Below, one piece after another: positions 28,201 through 38,892 of a stretch of DNA of 64,000 nt. The notes beneath the pieces are model-generated. The model was not told the DNA's origin. It was given only the letters and a program-made list of their open reading frames with translations, and ran no database searches. Origin of the DNA: Mobula hypostoma (taxonomy: Eukaryota); the NCBI RefSeq assembly GCF_963921235.1, contig NC_086097.1, positions 183,522,001 through 183,586,000 of the forward strand, given 5' to 3'. Each line of letters starts with the position of its first letter. The stretch's first letter is position 1. Made by a program: the position numbers and the translations under genes.

Positions 28201-28560
28201 AAACCAGACCTACGGAGGGAAGTGCAGATTGAACAGTTCAGCCAGTTGCCAAGTGAAGCAGCAAGGAGCTTTGATATTGAACAGGAAGTCCTAGTGCATG
28301 ATTACAGAGAAGACAAGTGGACATATGGTTGGATAGCTCCAAAAACTGGATCACTGATGTACACAGTGGATATTAGAGATCAGACATGGAGACCGGATAC
28401 TGGATACTGAACCAAAGAACACACTCGAGTGGACTGCATCCAACAAGATGGACACATTACAGTCACCGGACTTTCCTCTCAGGATGGCACTGACAGCAAC
28501 ATGACACCGGAAACTGAGAACGTTGTCTTAGACAAGATACCTACCAAACCAAATGCCACT

Positions 28561-29027
28561 CTGGGAGCGCTACTGCACAGGACTGAAAGAAGCTGCAGAG
28601 GGTTGTAACTTTCGTTGACTCCATCTTGGGTACTAGCCTACAAAGCACCCAGGACATCTTCAAGGAGCAGTGTCTCAGAAAGGCAGCGTCCATTATTAAG
28701 GTCCTTCGGCACACAGGCCATGCCCTTTCCTCACTGTTACCATCAGGTAGGAAGTACAGAAGCCTGAAGCCACACACTCAGCGATTCAGGAACAGCATCT
28801 TCCCCTCTGCCACCCAATTCCTAAATGGACATTGAACTCTTGGACACTACCCCACTTTTTTAATATATATAATTTCTGTTTTTGCACGATTTTTAATCTA
28901 TTCAATATATGTATACTGTAATTTATTTATTTATTTTCTCTTCTATATTATGTATTGCATTGAGCTGCTGCTGCTAAGTTAACAAATTTCATGACACATG
29001 CTGATGATAAATAACCTGATTCTGATT
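28561..29027 (+). mobile_element. Rex1/Babar-type 3' end inserted in the Gypsy integrase tail
   Basis: ORF 28626-28835 CLRKAASIIK...LLPSGRKYRSLKPHTQRFRNSIFPSA; (gattct) tail. Confidence 0.88.
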
Positions 29028-29799
29028 CCACAGGTACAGAGGTGCAATGAGAACATTATCATTGACAAGACACCTGCCAAACTTGATGCCACTGCACAGG
29101 TCCAAAGGCACTACCCTGACAACAGCCAATGAAGTCCAGCTTTGAAGTCTCTAACCAAGCTGTGAAGATGGCACCAGCACCATTTGAGGCTGGAGATCAA
29201 CCTTTGTGAAGGCCAGAGAACGCTGGACATCAGGAGCCCAGCAAGATGCCTGTGTTCAATACCAAACGTGTCTGACAGTTTAGCAACGAGATTGAATGTG
29301 TACTTCTGTTTACCTCAAAAGTATAGAGCATCTGGGTAAAACACACTTAAGAGCACTCAGAAAGCAAAAGCAGAAATTGTTCAAAGGCTGTGTTCTATTT
29401 CTTACATCCTTGGTTATTATTTATCTGTGTCCTTGTTTTCCCCACAGAATTTAACACATTCTATAGGGAGTGATTAAGCTGGCCACTCACCAGAGCTCTG
29501 TCCCATCAGGGTGCACATGCAGACCTCACACACTATTAGTCCCTAGCTTTCACAGGGTTTCCACCTGGTGACATTTACGTCACATCACCACGGAGAATAA
29601 TGAAACATCTAGGTGAGAGGAGATAGGATATTCTTGGCACAGTTCTGCTGAACGCAAATGCTATACTCTGTTGTCATTGATAAACAGGTACTTTTTGAGT
29701 GACCATAGAGAAGGTGCAAGATACTAGAAGGTAATTTAAATGCGCAATCAATGCTCAGAGGGAGAGAGAGAGAGAGGCATGGAATATGGAATATAGAAA

Positions 29800-30360
29800 A
29801 GTGTAACATAGGAACAAGCCCCTTGGCCCAGTATGTCTTTGCCGACTATGAGGGCAATTAAAACTGCATATCTGCCTGCATGCTGTCTATATCCCTCTGT
29901 ACTGTATTTCCTGGCTGTCCATGTACCTGTTTCAATGCTGTTTCAACATTGCTTTTGTACCTCCTTCCAAAACCTGCCATGCTATTTCTGATTCCTAAGA
30001 CCCTCTGTGTTTAAGAAAAACTTGCTACATAAGTTTTCTTTAAAACTTTCCCCCTCTCACCTTAAAGTTATGTTTTTTATTATTGAACATTATCAGCCTG
30101 GGGCAAAATGACTCTGACCATCCATCCTGGCTAAGTCTCTGATAAATTTCTATACTTTGACCAGGTTACTTCTTAGCCTCCCACACTCAATGAGAAAACT
30201 ATCTGACCACTCCGTACAGCTGGTTCTCTCTAATCCAGGCAAAGTACTGGTGAAGCTTTTTTGTTCCCCCTTCAAAATGTCCACCTCTTTCCTGTAACGT
30301 GGCAACCAGAACAACGCACAATAATCCAAATATGGTCAGGCCAAAGTTTCATACAGCTGA
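29800..30360 (-). mobile_element. CR1 LINE 3' fragment
   Basis: ggaacaagccccttggccc 3'-end signature and antisense CR1 ORF2 C-terminal sequence. Confidence 0.75.
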
Positions 30361-30409
30361 GGCCACATCTGCGGAAAGAGAAAGTGAATTAATATTTCAG
30401 GTGTGAAAC

Positions 30410-31120
30410 CCTTTGCTGTTGCTGGTGCGTTGCAAAGTGTAACGTATTCAAAATGGGGTTGCAGGTGGAGATGGAGCGAGCGATTCAAGGAGGAGTCGAG
30501 GCAACGGAGTTTCATGCCCATCCATCTGACCCGAGTGTGAAGTTGGATTGCTCCAAGCGCTGAGCCAATTCCGAGAGGCCAAGAACGGCTTTGAGCTGGG
30601 CAGCGAGGTCTAGGCATGGAGTGTATCGCTGGGCAGTGAGGTCCTAATGCAAGGCATGATTCAATATTAGGACAATTTAGATGCCGGCCCAGATAGACCG
30701 GAAAGGCAGGGTGTTGGGACCAGAGGTGAGGTTTAGGCTAATTTTGCTCACTCTCTCGCAATGTTAACTCCTCTCCGCTGCGCTGAGGTTGTGAGACTGC
30801 TCCGGCTGCTGTGCTTTGTGTCTGCAAGCTTTGAGGCAATTTGCCCCACTAATATGTTGAACTGAAGCCGAGGCTTTGGGCCTATTCCTGTTGCTCTGGT
30901 GATTCGGATCCAAGGACTGATTTTGGTTCAGAATGCTCCTCTTCCTTCTAAGTTTGCATGATTTGTGTTTTTTCTCTTTCTCTGCACATTTGGTGTTGGT
31001 CTCTCTTTTTTAAAATTGGGTTCTTTCAGATTTCTTGCTTTGTGGTTGTCTGTAAGCAGGCAAATCTCAAGGTTGTATGATTTTTACATACTTTGATAAT
31101 AAATGTACTTTGAGTCTTTG
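30410..31120 (+). mobile_element. Non-autonomous retroposon with Rex1-type tail
   Basis: GC/CpG-rich non-coding body; ends actttgataataaatgtactttgagtctttga, matching the Rex1 end at ~60885-60915. Confidence 0.6.
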
Positions 31121-31719
31121 AAAACTGGGAAAGAAGGAAAATATAATGCAAGAATATATTCAGCCCAGAATAATCGTCATCCCAAAATTGGAGTGAATAC
31201 TTTCCTGATCTGTTTATGTTAATGTACCCTATACAGTAGTGTCATTATCTCTGCAGCAACCATCCTACTCTTACCAAGATAAAGTAATAGTCAAAAGTGT
31301 AACCTACTACCTTCATTGAACAATATTTGTCTAACTGGGACAATAATGCACCAATTTCTGGTTTATAAAAAGTCTTTGTTTAAAGAAACAGTTTACTGAC
31401 ACAAAGGAATTCTGTCTGGGAAGATTCAGGCTCACTACTGTTTAATCAAATACTCCGTCACAGTTTGTGCTGTAGTTCAGAGTGAGGACCTCTCCTAACA
31501 TACTTGTTCAGCAGGTGCCTCTTCGATGGCACTATTGGCAACAGTCCATTGTCATCCTCTCCATGCCATGCCATGCCATGGTCTGTGGCTAGACCAGCAA
31601 TAAAACGTCTTATCATGGACTTAAAAAAACACACTTGTAGTTGAGTGTATCCCCACAAAATCACTCAGAGCCTTCTCCAGCCAGAAGCCCCACATGATCT
31701 GGGAGATCTGCAATCTGCA

Positions 31720-32250
31720 GAGGGTTAGATCAGAGGCATTCAAGTCTGGCAACCAAGCAAAGTACAAGAGGTCCAGATATGACCTCTTGTATAGTTTCAA
31801 GACTTGACATCATTACCTCCTTGTGCAACTGAAGGCTCGATTTCCTCACTTGTAGACCCCAGTAAGTTCGGATTGTCAAAGCATCTCCTCCACAATCTCC
31901 ATCAGCACAGGTGCACCACAAGACTATGTGCTTAGTCCTCTGCTTTACTCACTTTACACTTATGACTGTGTGGCCAAGCACAGTTCCAGTACCACATTCA
32001 AGTTTGCTGATGGCACCAAAGTAGGCTGAATCAAAGATGGTTACGAATCAATACATAGGAGATTGAAAATCTGGCTGAGTGGTGCCATAGTAACAACATC
32101 TCACTCAATGTCAGCAAGACCAAGAACTGATTATTAACTTCAGGAAGAGGAAACCAGAGATCCAGGAGTCAGTCCTCATCAGAGAATCAGAGCTGGTGAG
32201 GGACAGCAACTTTAAATTCCTTGGTGTAATTATTTTAGAGGACCTGTCCT
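31720..32250 (+). mobile_element. Rex1/Babar-type RT fragment
   Basis: [25 protein letters not shown] (~31893-31967), KFAD (~32000), LNVSKTK. Confidence 0.85.
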
Positions 32251-33087
32251 CAATTTCTACAAATTGATCCAAATTTATTACAATTATTAAACACAAAATA
32301 ATTGATTGCATAATTAATCACCCCATTCAAGCCAGTATTTAGTACATGCACCTTTGGCAGCAAGTACAGCTTTGAGTCTGTGTAGATAGGTCTCTATCAG
32401 CTTTGTACATCTGGACACTGTAATTTTTCCCCATTCTTCTTTACAAAACTGCTCAAGCTCTGTCAGATTGCATGGGGATCATGAATGAACAGCTCTTTTC
32501 AAGTCCAGCCACAAATTCTCAATTGGATTGAAGTCTGGACTATGACTTGGCTACACCAGGACATTAACTTTGTTGTTTTTAAGCCATTCTTGTGTAGCTT
32601 TGGCTTTATGCTTGGGGTCATTGTCTTGCTGGAAAACAAATCTTCTCCCAAGACACAGTTCTCTTACAGACTGTACCAGGTTTTCCTCCAGGATTTCCCT
32701 GTATTTTGTTGTATTCATTTTACCGTCTATCTTCACAAACCTTCCAGGGCCTGCTGCAGTGAAGCAACCGCCATCATGCTTATCGTTAGAGATGGTGTGT
32801 TTTTGATGATGTGCGATGTTTGGCTTACTCCAAGCATAGTATTTAGTCTGATGGCTCAGTTTTGGTTTCATCAGGCCTTAGGACCTTCTTCAGCTGACTT
32901 CAGAGTCTTCCACATCCCTTCTGGCAAACTCTAGCTAAGATTTAATGTGAGTGTTTTTTCCCAACAGTGGCTTTCTCTTTGCCACTGTCCCATAAAACTG
33001 TGACTGGTGAAAGTTGTTGTTTGCACAGTCTCTCCCATCTCAGCCACTGAATCTTGTAACTCCTCCAGAGTTGTCATTCATCTCTTA

Positions 33088-34077
33088 GGCTATGTCCACA
33101 CTACGCCAGATAATTTTGAAAACATCGGTTTCGAGTAAAAACAACAGGTGTCCACACCAAGCATTTTTCAAAATATCTCTGTCCACATTAGAACGGATAT
33201 TTGGGCAAATCTCCTCCTACTGGGCATGCACAGGACACACAGAAAACAAGCGAAGAGGAAACGGTATACTTGGTGTGCGTTTGTCCAGTTACAGAGTAGA
33301 AAAACTGAAAAAAGGAATTGCTCTTGGCTGTTGCGCAAGAGGACTTAAAACTGAAAAAAAAAACAAATATTGGAGCGTATGGAGGCAACCGACAGGGAAT
33401 TCACAGACAGTATGACCCGGCTGACGACGAACATTGAAAAACTGACTAACTCTGTTGCATTAATAAAGCACCTTGTTAAATGTATAAAACATGTCTGCAT
33501 CAGTGTTATCTTGTATTTCCATACAATGTTACATTAGGCTGTTATACATCTATTGTCAGAGAAGTACTTGCATAAATAGGTAAACCACCTCCATACAAGC
33601 AAGGACAGAAAACAGGGCAAAGTGAGTATACTTATTTATTCAGTAAGCTATGGGTCAAAGTATTTGGTGAGTACATTTCTAACTCTTTTGGCTTCAGTCT
33701 CATTACCATTTGTTCTGAAATTGTTAGGTTCTGTAAAGCGCAGAATCAAATATCGCTGTGATGATTGTACGCTCTAGTATCAATAGTTTGGCAACAATAA
33801 AGTAACAATAATAATAATAATAATAAGAAGAAAACAATGAAATGCTGTGCTGCTGCCGTCTGCTCCGGCACGTCATGACAGCGGTTTTAAAAATCTCCGG
33901 TTACCCCGTCCACACTGCAACGGATATTAGGTGCTTTCAGATTTATTCACTCTGGAGACCGTTTCTGAAAATCTCCATTTTCGGGGGATGAAAGCGCCAT
34001 TTTAGTGTGGATGGAGGGTCAAAACGAAGAGGAAAAGCTTCGTTTTCAGAATTATCTGGCATAGTGTGGACGTAGCC
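33088..34077. mobile_element. Non-autonomous PIF/Harbinger-type element (990 bp) inside the Tc1
   Basis: 36-bp TIRs ggctatgtccacactacgccagataattttgaaaac / gttttcagaattatctggcatagtgtggacgtagcc; flanked by tta and taa. Superfamily call rests on the GGCTACGTCCACACT-type terminus. Confidence 0.8.
33733..33826 (+). mobile_element. Extreme 3' stub of the young Rex1-type family plus (aat)n
   Basis: cagaatcaaatatcgctgtgatgattgtacg...caataaagta is near-identical to 6014-6077. Confidence 0.85.
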
Positions 34078-34589
34078 TAAGTCCCTCCCTCGCTAGTCCC
34101 CTTCTTGCACAGTCACTCAGTTTCTTTAAGTCAGCAAGCTCTAGGCAGATTTACATATTCTTTTCATTTCTTGATGATTGACTTAGCTATGTTCCAAGGG
34201 ATATTCAGTGAATTGGAAATTTTCTTGTATCCATCTCCTGACTTCTGCTTTTTAATAACTTTTTCACAGAGTTGTTTGGAGTGTTCTTTTGTCTTTGAGG
34301 TGTAGATTTTGCCAGGATACTGACTCACCAGCAGTTGGACCTTCCAGCTACAGGTGTATTTTTACTACAGTCAATTGAAATGCCTAGAGCACACAGGTGA
34401 TCTCCATTTCACTAATTATGTGACTTCTAAAACCAATTGGCTGCACCAGTGATCATTTGGTGTGTCATGTTAAAGGGGGTGAATACTTATGCAATCAATT
34501 ATTTTGTTTTATATTTGTGATGAATTTAGATCACTTTGTAGAAATTTGTTCTCACTTTGACATGAAAGAGTCGTTTTCTGTTGATCAGG

Positions 34590-34943
34590 TCTATTTGGAA
34601 TCCGATTTGAATATTCATTCGTTCTCTCTCTCACCCCCCGCCCCCAACGGCACAACAGTGATTACTGTGAACTGAACTGAACTGAACTCAATTGAACTGA
34701 ACTTTGCGTCACTTGAAACTGGTCATTTACCCCTAGACGGCGATAGAGCTTGATTGATCCTATTATCCTAGTACTGTGTACATGTGTGTTTATCATTGCT
34801 GAACTGTTGCATTTATTATCCTTTTGATTAGAGTACTGTGTTGCTTATTTCTTTAATAAAACTTTCTTAGTTCTAGTAATCCAGACTCCAACTGAGTGAT
34901 CCATTTCTGCTGGATGGGCAACCCAGTTATGGGGTACATAACA
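34590..34943 (+). mobile_element. LTR 3' portion (solo, 5'-truncated)
   Basis: (gaact)n at ~34670-34703, AATAAA at ~34856, ends ...ggggtacataaCA, an LTR-like terminus; no coding sequence. Confidence 0.55.
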
Positions 34944-35080
34944 AAAGTAAAACCAAGCAAAGTATATGACAAGTTTTTACTCCCAGATGAGCTCAATGTG
35001 TTTCAGTATATGAGGCTAATGTGCGAGCATCCTTCAGGAAGGTAAATCCTCAGAAAGTATCTGGCCCAGATGGTGTACTG
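34944..35080 (+). mobile_element. Rex1/Babar-type internal fragment
   Basis: LPDELN, then EANVRASFRKVNPQKVSGPDGV. Confidence 0.75.
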
Positions 35081-36991
35081 TCAGCTTATTTTTGGATTTC
35101 CACAATGTATTTTTGTCAAGATCTGGCCAAAATGAGGGTTCCTAGAGCTTCTGATGAAATACAAATTGAGTACCAGTGAGCAGGTTTTTATTAAATACCA
35201 ATGACAGCACTGTCAATTACACCTTCTGCCTCTACTGATGATTAAGATTATGGAGTGATAATTAATTGGGTTAGATTTCTCCAACTGTTTGTGAACGGGG
35301 TATACCTGAACATTTTTTCAGGTAAACAAAAGCATTTAACTACAGAAACAGGCTGGCTAATGATGTGGATAGTTCTTGAGCATTGCTTTATTTAGAATAT
35401 TGTCTAGTCCTATAAGTTTTGCTGTATCCATTACTCTCAACCATTTCCTAGATAAATCAAGTTGGTTAAAATCTGGCTACTTGATAACCTAGATCTCAAG
35501 CAGAGGCCGAAAGGGATATCCACTTGCTACTTCTGGTTAAAATTGTAAAATATTAATCCTTGTCTTTGGCATTCACAGTCAGGGTTCCAATTTTAAACTT
35601 GATCTCAAGCCTGCAATCTTTGAGAATGGAGATTCACTTGAAGCCTTCCTTTTCTGTCAGCTGCTGAATTCATTATATAAAATGATCATATTTCATCATT
35701 TTATACACAGGTGATATGAGTCCATCATCACATAAAGCAGCATTGCAGTTCATTAACCTGATGTGTTTAGTTCTATCTGCTACATGCACTTTTACATGTG
35801 TTGCTGTGTACAGATTTGCCAGGCTGGGAGGCTCTGATTTCTAGGCATATCACATGCCGCTGACAGCATGCCCTTTTATAGCTCTCATTAAACTGGGTCA
35901 CTCAGTAAGGTAGAGTTCCTTATAGAGTGCGTATTCTGTGTCCCCTTTCTTCCAAATGCACCTCAGCGTAGAAAAGTATTGATTTGTGAGCTGGGGGAGG
36001 ACATTAGGTAGACAGTTTTCTTATCCAACTGTGCTGCGATGTTGTGAGACTTCAATGCTAGATCAGATTGTTGCTTGACTTGTCTGTAGACAATTCTTGG
36101 AATTTGGGCAAGGGCCCCCCATTGCTTGTGGGAAGAATTTTAAAAGGTTCACTTTGCCAATTATATAGGTTTGTCATGTAGCAAAGTGATGTTGAGATGC
36201 ATCCTGGTACGTGATTATTTTTCTTTCTCCATAGAAACATATAAATAGTGCATCTTTTTGCATACTATGCCAAAGAAAACACTTAAGGCCTGGAATCTGC
36301 GGTTGTAACAATAACACAGCTGTCAGCATTCACTATTAACACCCTGTAAAACTGACAGCAACTTCTGGCATTTGCACATGAATAATTTAACTTAGAAAAC
36401 CAGAAGTTGCTATCAGTGGAACCCTACTCCTCCACATGGTGCACTGTTGCAGTCGATACAGACAGAGTAATTTGAATCTGTGATCTGCCGTGACTCAAAT
36501 ATTTAAAAAATATTTTCACTGTAAAACCATTGCTCATGTTCAGCTTTGTTAAATGATATACAACTGAGCTTCTAAAGTCAGATTAAAGCAAATTACTGTT
36601 GAAAAATAAAGACATAAGCAATTCTGCAGATGATGGAGATCTTGAGTAACACGCAAAATGCTAGGAGGTCTCAGCCGGTAGGCTATGTCTATTGGAGGGA
36701 TTGAACAGTCAACATTTTGGGCCAATAGTCACATAATGGCATCACATAACTTCTACAGATGATAACTGATTGCAAATGACAACAGAAGAGTTGAACTTTT
36801 CTGCTTGATCTTTGCAAGCATGTTTTGAAGGTGAAGATAAAATGGCAACCCACCACTGTTCAGAAAATACAGGACAAAGTTTTAATGGCTAACCGCTATG
36901 ATTGGCAATAAGTATTTCTGTTGTATCTTATCTCATTGTTAAACTGATTTATGAACGCAAGGTGTTTTAAAAATATTGTATTTGTTAGATA

Positions 36992-37251
36992 GGCCGGCTG
37001 GTGGCACAGTGACCTCAGCGCCAGACTCTGGAGCGAAGGTTCCTGAGTTCGAACCCAGTCGGGCCATTCCTGGGCACGCTTTCCATCTGTGTTGGGTTGA
37101 GTGTCGAGCTCGCAACTCGGCCTCGTGAAAAAAAAAGACTGCGCTGTGAGAAGGACGTGGGGGACCACTCACAGAATCTTTCCTCCAAGGCAACCACTTG
37201 AAAAAAGTGGACGCTGAGGCTCTGGCAGAGTATGGCACACAAAAAAAAAAA
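36992..37251 (+). mobile_element. tRNA-derived SINE, full length, poly(A) tail
   Basis: A-box TGGCACAGTGA (~37002), B-box GAGTTCGAACC (~37045), A11 tail, perfect 10-bp TSD ttgttagata at 36982-36991 and 37252-37261. Confidence 0.9.
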
Positions 37252-37799
37252 TTGTTAGATATTTCGGTTTATACCACATGTCTTCGTTAAATAAACCTTC
37301 ACTACAGCTCTGATAAATAAGAAATAGAGTGCCCATCTGGGACACGTACATGAAGACCACATAACAGCTGCACTCCATCTATGGGGATATGAATTTCAGA
37401 TCAGTAATACTAGCTGCACTAAAAGTTATCTTGTGGGCATGTGGACGATCACATCAATGCTACAGAGCCCACAAATTACTGCTCCAGCCAGTTTAGTTTT
37501 ATACTGCAGCTGATTTTGGAACTCAGGAAAAAAAAGTTTATCCAATATCTGGAGGCTGTTTCTTAAAAGAAGAACTGTAATAAATGTACTTTTGTGCAAT
37601 TATCTATTAAGGTGCTAAGTGCACACAACAGGTGATATATAAGTGTATGGGGTTGAGATACAAGGGATTTTTTGGCAGTTGTATGCATGGTGACGTCACC
37701 GTGAGAGCTACCTTCATTTTATGCTGTGGACTGTAACTCCATGCCAGCATTCATATAAGTACAAAGTACTCTGAAAATCTGTCCTAGGACCAACACCAC

Positions 37800-38305
37800 A
37801 ATCAAAATCAGGTTTAATATCACCAGCGTATGCTGTGAAATTTGTTAACTTTGTGGCAGCATACAATGCAATACATGATAATAGAGAGGAAAAAACTGAA
37901 TTACAGTATTTATATACACTAGCTAAATACATAGTGCAAAATAAAAAGGAAATAAAAGGTTGTGAGGTGGTGTTCATGGGTTCAATGTCCATTCAAAAAC
38001 CGGATGGCAAAGGGGAAGAAGCTGTTCCTGCATTGTGAATGTGTGCCTTCAGGCTTCTGTACCTCCTTCTTGGTGGTAGCAATGAGAAGAGAGCATGTCC
38101 TGGGTGTTTGGGGTCCTTAATGATAGACGCCATTTTTCTGAGGCACCACTCCTGGAAGATGACCTGGATATTATGGAGGCTAGTGCCCTTGATGGAGCTG
38201 ACTAATTTTACAATTCTCTGCAGCTTACTTTGATCCTGTACAGTAGCAACCCATCCATACGAGATGGCGATGCAGCCAGTTAGAACACTCTTCATGGTAC
38301 ATATT
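37800..38305 (-). mobile_element. Rex1/Babar-type 3' fragment
   Basis: ORF 37993-38355 CLRKMASIIKDPKHPGHALFSLLPPRRRYRSLKAH. Confidence 0.88.
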
Positions 38306-38892
38306 AATACAATTGATACAGTTACAAAGGAGGCATGACAGCAGCTATATTTCATTAGGAAGTTGAGAAGACTTGGTATGTCATCAAAGACCCTAACATG
38401 TTTCTACACATGTATTATGGAGGGCATTCATCTGGATGCATATGGAGGGACCACAGCACAGGATTGGAGAAAGCTGCAGAAAGTCAAATCTCAGTCGGCT
38501 CCATCATGGACACTAGCCTCCTCAGTATTGAGGACATTTTCAAAAGGTAACATCCATTATTAAGGACCCCCATCACCCAGGACATGCCCTCTTCTCATTG
38601 CTACCATCATGGAGGAGTTACAGGAGCCTGAAGCCACACACTCAGTGGTTTAGGAACAGCTTCTTCCCCTCTGCCATCAGATTTCTGAATGGACAATGAA
38701 CCCATGTATACTACCCCAATATTGTTTTGCTCTGATTTTGCACTACTTAATAATTTATTTTTAAAGTATAATTCTTATTGTAATTTGTAGTTTTTAAAAT
38801 TATGTATTGCAGTATACTACTACCTCACATTGTTTTTTTTAATTTTTTTTGATCTTTTTGTGCTACTTAGTTAATTTAATTTTTTATATTTG

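Larger units (their letters stand above)
24940..29140 (+). mobile_element. Ty3/Gypsy LTR retrotransposon internal region (gag-PR-RT-RH-IN), pseudogenised
   Basis: gag ALRDRLVCG (~25011); protease KLDTG (~25632); RT CGDFKV, FSKIDLSQTY, YLDDII (~26478); RNase H TDHQP (~27107); integrase HEGHLG, HIDFAGPF, DNGPQ, NRLAERF. Order RT-RH-IN defines Gypsy. Many stops and frameshifts; flanking LTRs not recognised. Confidence 0.95.
32252..34588 (-). mobile_element. Tc1/mariner DNA transposon (DD34E type), decayed and interrupted
   Basis: ORF 32551-32871 ends FVFQQDNDPKHKAKATQEWL, followed by PSHSPDFNPIENLW; inverted repeats at ~32252-32324 and ~34476-34546; both outer ends look truncated. Confidence 0.93.

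Noticed and set aside
36992..37065. tRNA gene
   Set aside because: A and B boxes are present, but it continues into a SINE body with poly(A) and TSD, with no T-run terminator.
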